Virus record (IMG/VR): IMGVR_UViG_3300037423_002034
Span: 1-37,134 of that record
Length of the DNA stretch: 37,134 nt
Strand: one strand, 5' to 3'
Origin: a virus
Taxonomy: Duplodnaviria > Caudoviricetes
Below the pieces are notes generated by a model. The model was not told the origin of the DNA, did no database searches, and saw nothing but the letters and a program-made list of their open reading frames with translations. Made by a program: the position numbers and the translations under genes. This document shows, one piece after another, positions 8,380-16,648 of the stretch (position 1 is the first letter of the stretch; each line of letters begins with the position of its first letter).

Positions 8380-8660
8380 AATCCCTCCAACACAGCTTGG
8401 AGTTGACTTGAAGTGAAGAGCAATAAAGCTATCTTGGTCTCAACCCTTTTAGGGGGAGATTTATCAGGGACTTGAAACTCTAAGACCTGAGGTAAAGCCT
8501 TAGCCTTCTTGGCCTTGATCTTAGCCCTTTGCCTGAACCCATAGTAGCTAGAGATAGGGATATTAAAATGCTTCACAGCTTCCCCAGTCTTAGCCCCAGT
8601 CTCTTTCTTATAAGCCTCGATCTTTTCTAAAAGTTCTTTCCAATTCGAATTCCTCGCCAT
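8370..8660 (-). CDS. IS66 TnpA-like HTH protein
   Basis: W...IEAY...G.....HFNIPISSYYGFRQR HTH, then a F.V linker and a C-terminal L..VL helix. Overlaps the tnpB-like start, as in IS66. Confidence 0.65.
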   Translation of the reverse strand: MARNSNWKELLEKIEAYKKETGAKTGEAVKHFNIPISSYYGFRQRAKIKAKKAKALPQVLEFQVPDKSPPKRVETKIALLLFTSSQLQAVLEGLWQ

Positions 8661-8680
8661 TCTTCTTTCTCCTTTTGAAA

Positions 8681-8695
8681 GCCTAATTATTAGGC
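8681..8695. promoter_or_regulatory. Inverted repeat, operator candidate
   Basis: GCCTAAT-T-ATTAGGC immediately upstream of the tnpA-like SD. Confidence 0.45.
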
Positions 8696-9154
8696 ATTAA
8701 CTAATTAAACAACCATTCTTTATTCTTTTTTAACTCCCAAGAATTTTTTCCCCTAGATTGGTTCAGAAGTAGGGTAAAAGCCCCCCTACCCCCCAAGAGC
8801 TTTTTCCCCTGAGTTGGCCCGTTATAGCGCAGTTTCTCCACACTCTTTGTCGTAAGCTTAGGCACAAGGCCTAGTCACTGTCGGTTGGTAGGTAGCGTAC
8901 TACGCACGCTGGAGGCCCCCCTGGACTCCCCCTCAATGCCACTGGCTCTTTAACCAGATAAGATGAGGTTTTGGCTAACCGGCTTAAAAACAAGATTGAC
9001 TGTTTGGTTGAGAAGAGAATAACCTTGGGCCAATCTTTGTTTGTTAAGCACCTTCAAAGAGACACCCGGGCCTAGGCGAAGTCAACGTAAAAAGTGATCT
9101 TGCCGAAAGTCCGGGGGCCTTGCCTAAGCCATCAATCCCTGATGCAATCAGCCA

Positions 9155-9331
9155 ATGACACTCAAAGAGTTTCTCGAGATTAAGGCCTGGCTTAAGGACA
9201 ACCCCAACATCAAGGTTGAAATCATTCGAAATGGCGATGAGGCCGAGCTGAGGCTTTTTTCCATCACTGAGGCCGATACCGAATACATCACCATAGGCCT
9301 TCCCATTTTTTCTGACTCTGCGCTTAATTAA
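9155..9331 (+). CDS. 58-aa hypothetical protein (not in ORF track)
   Basis: MTLKEFLEIKAWLKDNPNIKVEIIRNGDEAELRLF looks protein-like. No clear SD. Confidence 0.5.
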   Translation: MTLKEFLEIKAWLKDNPNIKVEIIRNGDEAELRLFSITEADTEYITIGLPIFSDSALN

Positions 9332-9395
9332 CAATTTCCCCTTTGATTGCTACAAGCTTACCATCTTACGCTTTATTGCCTTCACAAACACAAGT

Positions 9396-9471
9396 TGGGT
9401 GATAGCTCAGCCGGTAGAGCATTGCACTGTTAATGCAACGGTCGCAGGTTCGATCCCTGCTCACTCAGCCA
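9396..9471 (+). tRNA. tRNA-Asn (GUU)
   Basis: Full cloverleaf: acceptor TGGGTGA/TCACTCA, D arm GCTC/GAGC, anticodon arm TTGCA-CTGTTAA-TGCAA, T loop TTCGATC, G discriminator, encoded CCA. Confidence 0.96.
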
Positions 9472-9490
9472 TATAAACAGGAGAAGACGA

Positions 9491-9988
9491 ATGAAGAAAC
9501 CGCAACTGAAACAAGTGAAAACCACAGGTCTTGGTTACCCCAACATCGCTGTCGAGGATATTCCGGAAACCCGAGAAGAGCTTTATAACTCTGACCGCGG
9601 GGAAAAAGAATATTTCAAATCCAAGCAATCCCTGACTGAGCCCGTTCGCCTTCCGATCACTCGCACTGGGGTTGAAACCTTCATTGACATCATCGCTAAA
9701 GTCGCAGGGATCCCGAATGATGATCGAACCAAGGCTCGCATTTATGGCCACATTCACCATTTGGGTGAGACTGTAAACTACACTTCTATCGGTGAGATGG
9801 TGAACGTGGTTCTTCGTGACTGCACGATTGATCTCACCTGGCAGATGGACCAGGAATTGAAAGAGAAAAAGAAATTAGCGGACGAGGCAAAAAAAGCAGC
9901 AGAGACTAAGGTCCAAGAGGCCAAGACAATCACATTGGCAAAGGACGCTGATGCGAAAGCTGAGGGGACCACTGTTCACGGAACTTGA
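9491..9988 (+). CDS. Hypothetical protein
   Basis: SD AGGAG, 165 aa. Confidence 0.75.
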   Translation: MKKPQLKQVKTTGLGYPNIAVEDIPETREELYNSDRGEKEYFKSKQSLTEPVRLPITRTGVETFIDIIAKVAGIPNDDRTKARIYGHIHHLGETVNYTSIGEMVNVVLRDCTIDLTWQMDQELKEKKKLADEAKKAAETKVQEAKTITLAKDADAKAEGTTVHGT

Positions 9989-10364
9989 ACAAGCCTGGTA
10001 TGAGCGCCTAAGACTTGAGGGCTTTGAGGACATTGAAGCAGTTCAAAATCCTGATCGCCCTTTAAGGCAGTGGCACTCGCTTTTGTTTAGAAGAAAGAGC
10101 CAGCAGTACGTTTATCAGAAGTACACCATTGAAGAGTACGTAAGAAAGGCCGATGATTTTGCAAATAACCCGCAATTCCCGCACATCACCCAAACGTTAT
10201 CCAGGCACGGGAACTGCCTTTTCACGGCTCATGGGATTGCTGCGATCTGGGACCTTCACCGCATGGGTAAGAGCGAGCGTGCTATTGCCACCCAAATGGA
10301 TTGCTCAAGATCATGCATAACTTTCCTCTTAAGAAGGCTTAGACGATGGATGGAGCTACTGTAA
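9951..10364 (+). CDS. Transcription regulator with C-terminal sigma-70 region 4-like HTH
   Basis: IWDLHRMGKSERAIATQMDCSRSCITFLLRRLR. Confidence 0.65.
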   Translation: MRKLRGPLFTELEQAWYERLRLEGFEDIEAVQNPDRPLRQWHSLLFRRKSQQYVYQKYTIEEYVRKADDFANNPQFPHITQTLSRHGNCLFTAHGIAAIWDLHRMGKSERAIATQMDCSRSCITFLLRRLRRWMELL

Positions 10365-10804
10365 TCACCCGCCCGTTCATCCCCGAGGAAGACGAGGCCT
10401 TTATTTATGCCACATGGCGAAATTCAGCTTACTTCGGCCAACCCAATCGCCCGAAGGATTCAAAAGACGAGGCCCGGGAGAAGTTTAAGCTTTACACCGC
10501 AAAGATCAGAAAAATCTTGGACCGCGAAGCCACTCAAGTGAAGATTGCCTGCCTTCAAAGCGACCCGACCTTTATCGTGGGATACCTGGTCTCGGAAAAG
10601 AATCACTTGCATTGGGCTTACACCAAAGAAGACTATAGGCAAACAGGCATCGCAAACCTCTTAGGCTTTAATAAGTTTGAAACTTACCCAAGTGAAGTCA
10701 CCAAGATCGGTTTAGAGATCCTTAAAAAGAAGAACAACAAGGAGAATGCACATGGAAGAACAGACTCAGGAACTAAAGAAGAGCAAGAAGCCAAAGATCA
10801 ATGA
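10346..10804 (+). CDS. GNAT-family acetyltransferase
   Basis: IVGYLV strand, then HWAYTKEDYRQTGIANLL (acetyl-CoA binding R/QxxGxA motif). Confidence 0.75.
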   Translation: MDGATVITRPFIPEEDEAFIYATWRNSAYFGQPNRPKDSKDEAREKFKLYTAKIRKILDREATQVKIACLQSDPTFIVGYLVSEKNHLHWAYTKEDYRQTGIANLLGFNKFETYPSEVTKIGLEILKKKNNKENAHGRTDSGTKEEQEAKDQ

Positions 10805-11111
10805 GACCACTTTCGTCTCTACCGAAGATCTCAAAAACTCAGGCGCGCCATTAGCGCTGAATCAAATTGAGTACCTAAAAAACACAGGGATTCCAATCTC
10901 GCTTTGCGTATTCCATCGCACCATCCTCTCAGCCCTCAATGAGCCGGAAACCGCCCTTTACTCGCACGGCACAAGTAAGAAATCCCGCTTAGCCAAGATG
11001 TGGTACACACCAAACGGCTTACTGGTTGAGCAAAAGGATAAGCTAGATAACATCATTCACAAGCTCATCCCTCTTGCTAACGTTTCAGATACAGTCATCA
11101 GCGAAACATAA
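10752..11111 (+). CDS. Hypothetical protein
   Basis: SD AAGGAG before ATG 10752. Confidence 0.65.
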   Translation: MEEQTQELKKSKKPKINETTFVSTEDLKNSGAPLALNQIEYLKNTGIPISLCVFHRTILSALNEPETALYSHGTSKKSRLAKMWYTPNGLLVEQKDKLDNIIHKLIPLANVSDTVISET

Positions 11112-11167
11112 TACTAAGATACATAAGAATATATACGACCAGGGGCATCATTTTATAGTGGGGGGAT

Positions 11168-11473
11168 ATGGGTAGACCAAAGGGTTCACCTAATAAGGTG
11201 CAAAAGCTTGCGAGAGATATTGCTCAGCAAATGGGTGTGGATCCATTAAAGATCCTTCTTCATTTCGCTGCCGGTGATTGGGAAGGTCTAGGCTACAAGC
11301 AAGGGCACAAGCTCACTCAGTTTGGCGAGCAAGACGTGATCTCACCTGAGCTTAGGCTTTCAGCTGCCCGTGAGGCCGTTAGATACGTTTATCCAGCGCT
11401 TAAGCAGGTTGATCTAGCGAACAAGGATGATGATGGCTTTAGGGTTGAGATTGTGGACTTCGGCGGTAAATGA
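11168..11473 (+). CDS. terS: Terminase small subunit
   Basis: GRPKGSPNK N-terminus, DPL..L, R..AA....YVYP.L. Upstream of terL. Confidence 0.75.
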   Translation: MGRPKGSPNKVQKLARDIAQQMGVDPLKILLHFAAGDWEGLGYKQGHKLTQFGEQDVISPELRLSAAREAVRYVYPALKQVDLANKDDDGFRVEIVDFGGK

Positions 11474-12813
11474 AACTCATCCTTGGCGACTCACTAGAGA
11501 GATTGAAGGATCTGCCGACGTCGACAATCGATGCCATCGTGACTGATCCGCCCTACGGTTGGCGCTTCATGGGCAAGGCTTGGGACGGCGCGGATATTGA
11601 AAAGACAATTGCGTCGAAGATACGCAAAACTCCTGCGCCTGGGCGAAATTCAATGAGTGACAACCGGGCTTTTGCGGCCGGCGAATACAACTTCTCATCG
11701 GAAGGCAATCAATCCTTCATGTTCTGGACGAGCGACTGGGCACGCGAAGCGTTCCGTGTACTCAAGCCTGGCGGGCACATGCTCGTCTTCTGCGGGCCGC
11801 GCACGTATCACGCGATGGCCATGGGCGTGGAGATGGCAGGCTTTGAGATTCGCGATCAGCTGCAGTGGTTATTTGGTTCGGGCTTCCCCAAATCGCTAGA
11901 CGTGAGCAAGGCGATTGATAAAGCGGCGGGCGCTGAGCGTGAAGTGGTTGGCGAAAACCCAAATCATCGGGGCGAGAGTCAAATGCGCAATCCGTTCACA
12001 AAAGCGCTTGGACAGGACGGCTCGCTCACCGCTCCGTCAACCGATGCCGCCAAACAATGGAAAGGCTGGGGCACAGCGCTTAAGCCTGCCAATGAGCCCA
12101 TCGTCCTCGCACGCAAGCCGCTCGAGAAGGGGCTGACAGTCGCGCAGAACGTGCAGAAGTGGGGCACTGGGGCGCTGAACATTGATGGGACGCGGATAGG
12201 ACCTCCACAAAATACGAAAGTGAAGTTCGCATCCAACGCTGATGCCAAGAAAACGATGGGAGCATTTGAAGGGTGGGACGGAACCTATCGTGATCAAACC
12301 CAAGGCCGCTGGCCGGCGAACGTGCTCTTCGACGAGGAAGCTGCGGCGATGCTGGATGAGCAGAGTGGCGTTAGCAAGAATCAGGTGCGTAAGATTAGCG
12401 CGACCGAAGATACTTCGATAAAAAATAAAATCTACGGTAAGGGCTATGTGCGCCAGGCTGGCGGCGCTAACGACTCCGGCGGCGCCTCCCGCTTCTTCTA
12501 TGTGGCGAAGGCGAGCAAGAGCGAGCGCAACGCTGGTTGTGAATTTAATGGGCATCCGACTGTAAAGCCAATCAAGCTCATGGAATACCTCTGCCGCTTG
12601 GTCACGCCACCGGGAGGAATAATTTTGGACCCGTTCATGGGCTCTGGCACCACAGGATGTGCGGCAGCGAAGCTTGGCTATCAGTTCATCGGCATCGAGC
12701 GCGAGCAAGAATACATCGAGATTGCGCGCAAGCGGATTGAGCATTGGAAGAATCAAGCAGGCGAGCGGGAAGACGATGATGGGCAGATACCACTACCACT
12801 GGAGGGTAAGTAA
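11470..12813 (+). CDS. DNA N6-adenine/N4-cytosine methyltransferase (beta class)
   Basis: Catalytic DPPY motif, HPTVKP, SAM-binding DPFMGSGTT motif. Confidence 0.93.
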   Translation: MKLILGDSLERLKDLPTSTIDAIVTDPPYGWRFMGKAWDGADIEKTIASKIRKTPAPGRNSMSDNRAFAAGEYNFSSEGNQSFMFWTSDWAREAFRVLKPGGHMLVFCGPRTYHAMAMGVEMAGFEIRDQLQWLFGSGFPKSLDVSKAIDKAAGAEREVVGENPNHRGESQMRNPFTKALGQDGSLTAPSTDAAKQWKGWGTALKPANEPIVLARKPLEKGLTVAQNVQKWGTGALNIDGTRIGPPQNTKVKFASNADAKKTMGAFEGWDGTYRDQTQGRWPANVLFDEEAAAMLDEQSGVSKNQVRKISATEDTSIKNKIYGKGYVRQAGGANDSGGASRFFYVAKASKSERNAGCEFNGHPTVKPIKLMEYLCRLVTPPGGIILDPFMGSGTTGCAAAKLGYQFIGIEREQEYIEIARKRIEHWKNQAGEREDDDGQIPLPLEGK

Positions 12814-13841
12814 TGCATCATAAGTGCGACATCTTATTCATTCTCAAGAAGAATGAGACTTACGGCTTTAAAACCATGACCAAGAGAAGCTCAGGGCTTT
12901 GGAACTCAACCCGTTTTATCGTTGAGTCCCTTCTCAATCGAAACATCCGAGCTGAGATTGTCGAAGTCATCGATAATAACTGCATTGACCGCGTTGTGAC
13001 TCAAGCTAGGCCTAAGATTGTGATCATCGAGGCTTTATGGGTGGTCCCTGAGAAGTTTGATGTCCTTAAAAGGCTTCACCCCAATGTTAGCTGGTATGTG
13101 CACATGCATTCAGGGCTTGCTTTCCTGGCTCAAGAGGGCATCGCTACTGAATGGCTTAAAGCTTACTCGCACCGGCATATCGGCATCATTGCCAACTCCC
13201 TTGAGACCTATAATGCCTTTCGGATCTTCACTAACGAAGATCACCTGGACCTGCTTTATAACGTCTATATCCCGCACGGGATGACTGCTCCGAAACGTTT
13301 TGATGATCAATGCAATGTAATCGATGTAGGCTGCTTTGGAGCCGTTAGGCCATTAAAGAACCAATTGATTCAGGCCCTCGCTGCTATTGACTATGCAGTC
13401 GAGAATGATTTCTTCCTTTGCTTCCACATCAACGGAACCCGCAAAGAGGTGGGTGGGGAGCCGGTTTACAAGAACATTAAGAAGCTTTTTGATGGTCTGC
13501 GCTTTGCTGAGCTCATTGAACACCCCTGGTATGAGCCGGAAGACTTTCACAGTCTTCTTCGCGGCATGATCGACATCAGCCTTCAGGTATCTTTGTCCGA
13601 AACCTTTAACGTAGTCACAGCGGATGCCCTAACCTGCGGTGTCCCGGTCGTGGTAAGTGACCAGGTGAGCTGGACAAGCAAATATAGCCAGGCCGATACA
13701 GATAGTATCCTTGATATAACCAAGAAGATGGCGAAAGCTTTGGCAAAGCCATGCCTAACGAAGGTGAATCAGGGAAAGCTCATTGATTTCTCTAACGATG
13801 CGCAAGATATGTGGGCAAGCTTTGTGCGGAGACATGTCTGA
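12813..13841 (+). CDS. GT-B (GT4-like) glycosyltransferase
   Basis: FGAVRPLKN and SLSETFNVVTADALTCGVPVVVS (E-x7-E/D motif). Confidence 0.82.
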   Translation: MHHKCDILFILKKNETYGFKTMTKRSSGLWNSTRFIVESLLNRNIRAEIVEVIDNNCIDRVVTQARPKIVIIEALWVVPEKFDVLKRLHPNVSWYVHMHSGLAFLAQEGIATEWLKAYSHRHIGIIANSLETYNAFRIFTNEDHLDLLYNVYIPHGMTAPKRFDDQCNVIDVGCFGAVRPLKNQLIQALAAIDYAVENDFFLCFHINGTRKEVGGEPVYKNIKKLFDGLRFAELIEHPWYEPEDFHSLLRGMIDISLQVSLSETFNVVTADALTCGVPVVVSDQVSWTSKYSQADTDSILDITKKMAKALAKPCLTKVNQGKLIDFSNDAQDMWASFVRRHV

Positions 13842-15310
13842 TCCAGCTTCGCATTGCATTACAACCCAAGCAAAGGCAGTTCCTTGAGACAATCGAAAGC
13901 ACATCAGTCACGTTCTACGGTGGGGCAAAAGGTGGGGGCAAGTCTAAGGGCCTTCAGCTTATTATGCTTTATCGCCGCCTTAAATATCCCGGTAGCCATG
14001 GGGCTATTTTTCGCAGGACTTATCCTGAATTAGAGGGTAACCATATCAGGCCTCTGTTTGAGGCTTTCCCGCAACTAAGGAGCTACTGGAGTGAGTCGAA
14101 GAAGCTACTTACTTTGCCAAATGGTTCAACTCTACAGTTCTGTCATTGTCAGAATGAAAATGATGTGGGTCTTTATCAGGGGCGTGAGTTCCATGACCTG
14201 GCGATTGATGAAGCGGGCCAGTGGACCGAGCAGATGTTCAGGACCCTACAAGGGTCAAATCGATCCTCTAAGCCCGGAATTCGGCCTAGAACAATACTCA
14301 CAGGCAACCCGGGTGGGATTGGACACGGATGGCTTAAACGCTTATTCATTGAGAGAAGGTTCAATGAGCGTGAAATTCCGGAAAGCTATGCTTTTATTCA
14401 AGCATTGGTGGACGACAACAAAGCTCTTGTGGACAATGACCCGGATTACATTACACGTCTGGAAAGTGAACCAAACGAAGCCCTAAGAAGGGCCTTTAGA
14501 TATGGGGACTGGAATGTCTTTGCTGGCCAGTTTTTTCAAGAGCTTTCGAAAGAGCATCACTTCATCAAGCCCTTTCCCATCCCAGCCCACTGGAACAGAT
14601 TCGGGGCCTACGACTTTGGATTCAACCACCCCGCAGCCTTCGGTTGGTTTGCCAACGACGAGGACGGTAACACTTATCTATATCGGGAACTCGTGTTATC
14701 TGGACAAAGAGTCGATCAATTTGCCAAAAGGCTCCTGGAGCACCCCGATACGACCAAGATTTATCCAATTGTTGCCGGACATGACTGTTGGACAACTAAG
14801 GGAGTTCTTAGGGATGAGCCCCAGCCACCCACAATCGCCGAAGAGTTCGCAAGACACGGCATCAGGCTTCAGAAAGCCGTTATCGATAGAATTCAAGGCG
14901 CTGCCCAATTACGCTCCTATCTGGCACTTCGGGGTTATCCCAATCCCGAATCTACAATTAAACGACCAAGATTTTTCATTTTCGACACCTGTCCCATATC
15001 CTTCGACGCCATCTCAAGAATGATCTATGACCCGGATCGCCCGGAAGACGTGCTGAAGGTTGATGCAACCGAAGGTAATCTGATGTCGGGTGATGATGCC
15101 TATGACATGGTTCGCTATGGTCTTATGTCCAGACCATACATCTCCATTCCCCTTAAGCCATTAGCGACTGAGATTCAGGTGCAAGAGCAGATGCACATTG
15201 AGGCTGCGAAGCAAGCGGTTCAAAGGGAGAATGATCTCAGGAAGACCGAGAATCCTTATGGCACGTGGCAAAAGGATAAGAAGGGGATTGCGGACTGGAA
15301 CAAGTGGTAA
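13811..15310 (+). CDS. terL: Terminase large subunit
   Basis: Walker A GGAKGGGKS, Walker B LAIDEAG, TGNPGG, nuclease DFG and DDAYD. The start may be CTG 13838. Confidence 0.96.
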   Translation: MGKLCAETCLIQLRIALQPKQRQFLETIESTSVTFYGGAKGGGKSKGLQLIMLYRRLKYPGSHGAIFRRTYPELEGNHIRPLFEAFPQLRSYWSESKKLLTLPNGSTLQFCHCQNENDVGLYQGREFHDLAIDEAGQWTEQMFRTLQGSNRSSKPGIRPRTILTGNPGGIGHGWLKRLFIERRFNEREIPESYAFIQALVDDNKALVDNDPDYITRLESEPNEALRRAFRYGDWNVFAGQFFQELSKEHHFIKPFPIPAHWNRFGAYDFGFNHPAAFGWFANDEDGNTYLYRELVLSGQRVDQFAKRLLEHPDTTKIYPIVAGHDCWTTKGVLRDEPQPPTIAEEFARHGIRLQKAVIDRIQGAAQLRSYLALRGYPNPESTIKRPRFFIFDTCPISFDAISRMIYDPDRPEDVLKVDATEGNLMSGDDAYDMVRYGLMSRPYISIPLKPLATEIQVQEQMHIEAAKQAVQRENDLRKTENPYGTWQKDKKGIADWNKW

Positions 15311-15455
15311 AATGAGCGGGCCGGACGCGACTCCGCGCTATTCAGGGCAATGGTCAACCACATTTAATCGGACTTCTACCGAACCATGCGTGTCTCCAGT
15401 GGCCGATACTACGAATCTGCACCACAGCTTCCCACGCCGCCGCTCAATCATTTTG

Positions 15456-15481
15456 TAAACCACATAATCTAGTATGTGAAG
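15456..15481 (+). promoter_or_regulatory. Putative late promoter, degenerate copy
   Basis: TAAACCACATAATCTAGTATGTG aligns with the copies at 20868 and 32988. Confidence 0.5.
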
Positions 15482-15700
15482 CTTCCTTTCTTGGAAAACA
15501 CATCTAAATGGCCCATTTCTAGGGAACCTGAGGAGCGGGTGGTTAATCCATCCTATGACACTCAGATCGAAGATCATCTTGTGGATGAGATCTTCGTGGC
15601 CATGGAGAAGAAGCATGTCTCCAAGTTCCGGGAAGCCTTAATCGCTCTAATTGAACACCTACATAGCCAGGAGATGGATGATGCCACTCTGGAAGGGTAA
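15476..15700 (+). CDS. Hypothetical head-region protein
   Basis: GTG start, possibly leaderless. Its helix (E.F.A.EKK....FREAL.AL) resembles the C-terminus of the next gene. Confidence 0.6.
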   Translation: MKLPFLENTSKWPISREPEERVVNPSYDTQIEDHLVDEIFVAMEKKHVSKFREALIALIEHLHSQEMDDATLEG

Positions 15701-16037
15701 GTCGCCCAAGGCATTTAGCCATAATGTAAAAGCCGAAATGCATGCTGGGAAGCCCCAAAAGCAGGCTGTGGCTATAGCCTATTCCGAGGCCGGTGAACAT
15801 AAAGCTCATGGGGGAAAAGTGAAAGACAAGATGAACATGTACGCCATGGAACCGGATGTTCCGGCTATGCATGGCTACGATGAGGGTGGCGAGGTCGATG
15901 GCGTGGATGACGACATCGACAATGAGCTCAATGACATGGCGGCTCAGGAGCTTATGGATGCTCTTGAGAAGAAAGACAAGAAGGCTGTACTGGAAAGCAT
16001 TCGCGCATTGGTCATGTATTGTGGGGGGAAAGTTTAA
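15681..16037 (+). CDS. Small head-associated protein (GKPQKQAVAIAYS family) with xxGG tags
   Basis: The MPL.KGKS.KA.S.N...EMHAGKPQKQAVAIAYS motif is typical of small genes near terL/portal. Confidence 0.75.
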   Translation: MPLWKGKSPKAFSHNVKAEMHAGKPQKQAVAIAYSEAGEHKAHGGKVKDKMNMYAMEPDVPAMHGYDEGGEVDGVDDDIDNELNDMAAQELMDALEKKDKKAVLESIRALVMYCGGKV

Positions 16038-16328
16038 ATGAACGCCAAGCAAATGTCCGACGCAATCCGCATGAAGCGCAAGAAGGTCAAAGAAGAAGGC
16101 CTTGATAACATGGTGGATACTGCGGCACTCCCGCAAATGAATCCACAGGACATCTTCAATCTGAAGCAAAAAGCTCAGATGCAAGCCACGATGGATATTC
16201 CGGAAAAGAGTGAAGCTCCAGACGACCCGGCTGATGCTGATGTTAAGGGCACGAGCCAGGACACTGAGATGCTTAAGCGCAAGATGGCCCGTTTGGCTAA
16301 TATTATTGGCCGCTTGTCCATGGGATAG
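16038..16328 (+). CDS. Hypothetical protein
   Basis: Abuts the upstream stop, SD GGGG. Confidence 0.65.
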   Translation: MNAKQMSDAIRMKRKKVKEEGLDNMVDTAALPQMNPQDIFNLKQKAQMQATMDIPEKSEAPDDPADADVKGTSQDTEMLKRKMARLANIIGRLSMG

Positions 16329-16330
16329 GC

Positions 16331-16648
16331 GTGACCAATCTTGAGCGCAAAGAAGCCTTAATTAAATGTCTTCGTCTTCAGGTTGATCTTAACGACTGGA
16401 AACAGGTTCGAAAGATAGCCAAGGACTTGCGTAAGCTTGAGCAGCAAGTGCATCAGGTTCGGGCACCCATCAAGGACGAGGGAAAAGCTCAAGCTCCAAG
16501 CACGGAAGCTTTGCCCGACGTGATGCCGCGAGACGTTGAGATTCCGCACAACATCCAAGAGGTAAGAAACCTTTTGCGCATGAAGGATGAGGATCTCATC
16601 GAAAAGCTTTTCCCCATTGAAACTCCTGAACAAGAGGCGGGCGCATAA
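16331..16648 (+). CDS. Hypothetical protein
   Basis: GTG start, TAATG coupling to portal. Confidence 0.65.
   Translation: MTNLERKEALIKCLRLQVDLNDWKQVRKIAKDLRKLEQQVHQVRAPIKDEGKAQAPSTEALPDVMPRDVEIPHNIQEVRNLLRMKDEDLIEKLFPIETPEQEAGA

Noticed and set aside
9044-9334. 96-aa minus-strand ORF
   Set aside because: It is the antisense shadow of the more protein-like plus-strand ORF 9155-9331 and of a structured region.
12037-12756. 239-aa minus-strand ORF, and similar ones at 15543-16184, 19544-20140 and 14502-15023
   Set aside because: These are shadow frames of well-supported genes, with no motifs.
15308-15455. MITE or ncRNA bounded by AAAATGAGCGG / CCGCTCAATCATTTT
   Set aside because: The inverted repeat is imperfect and single-copy, with no target duplication. 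A 48-codon ORF explains the gap equally well.
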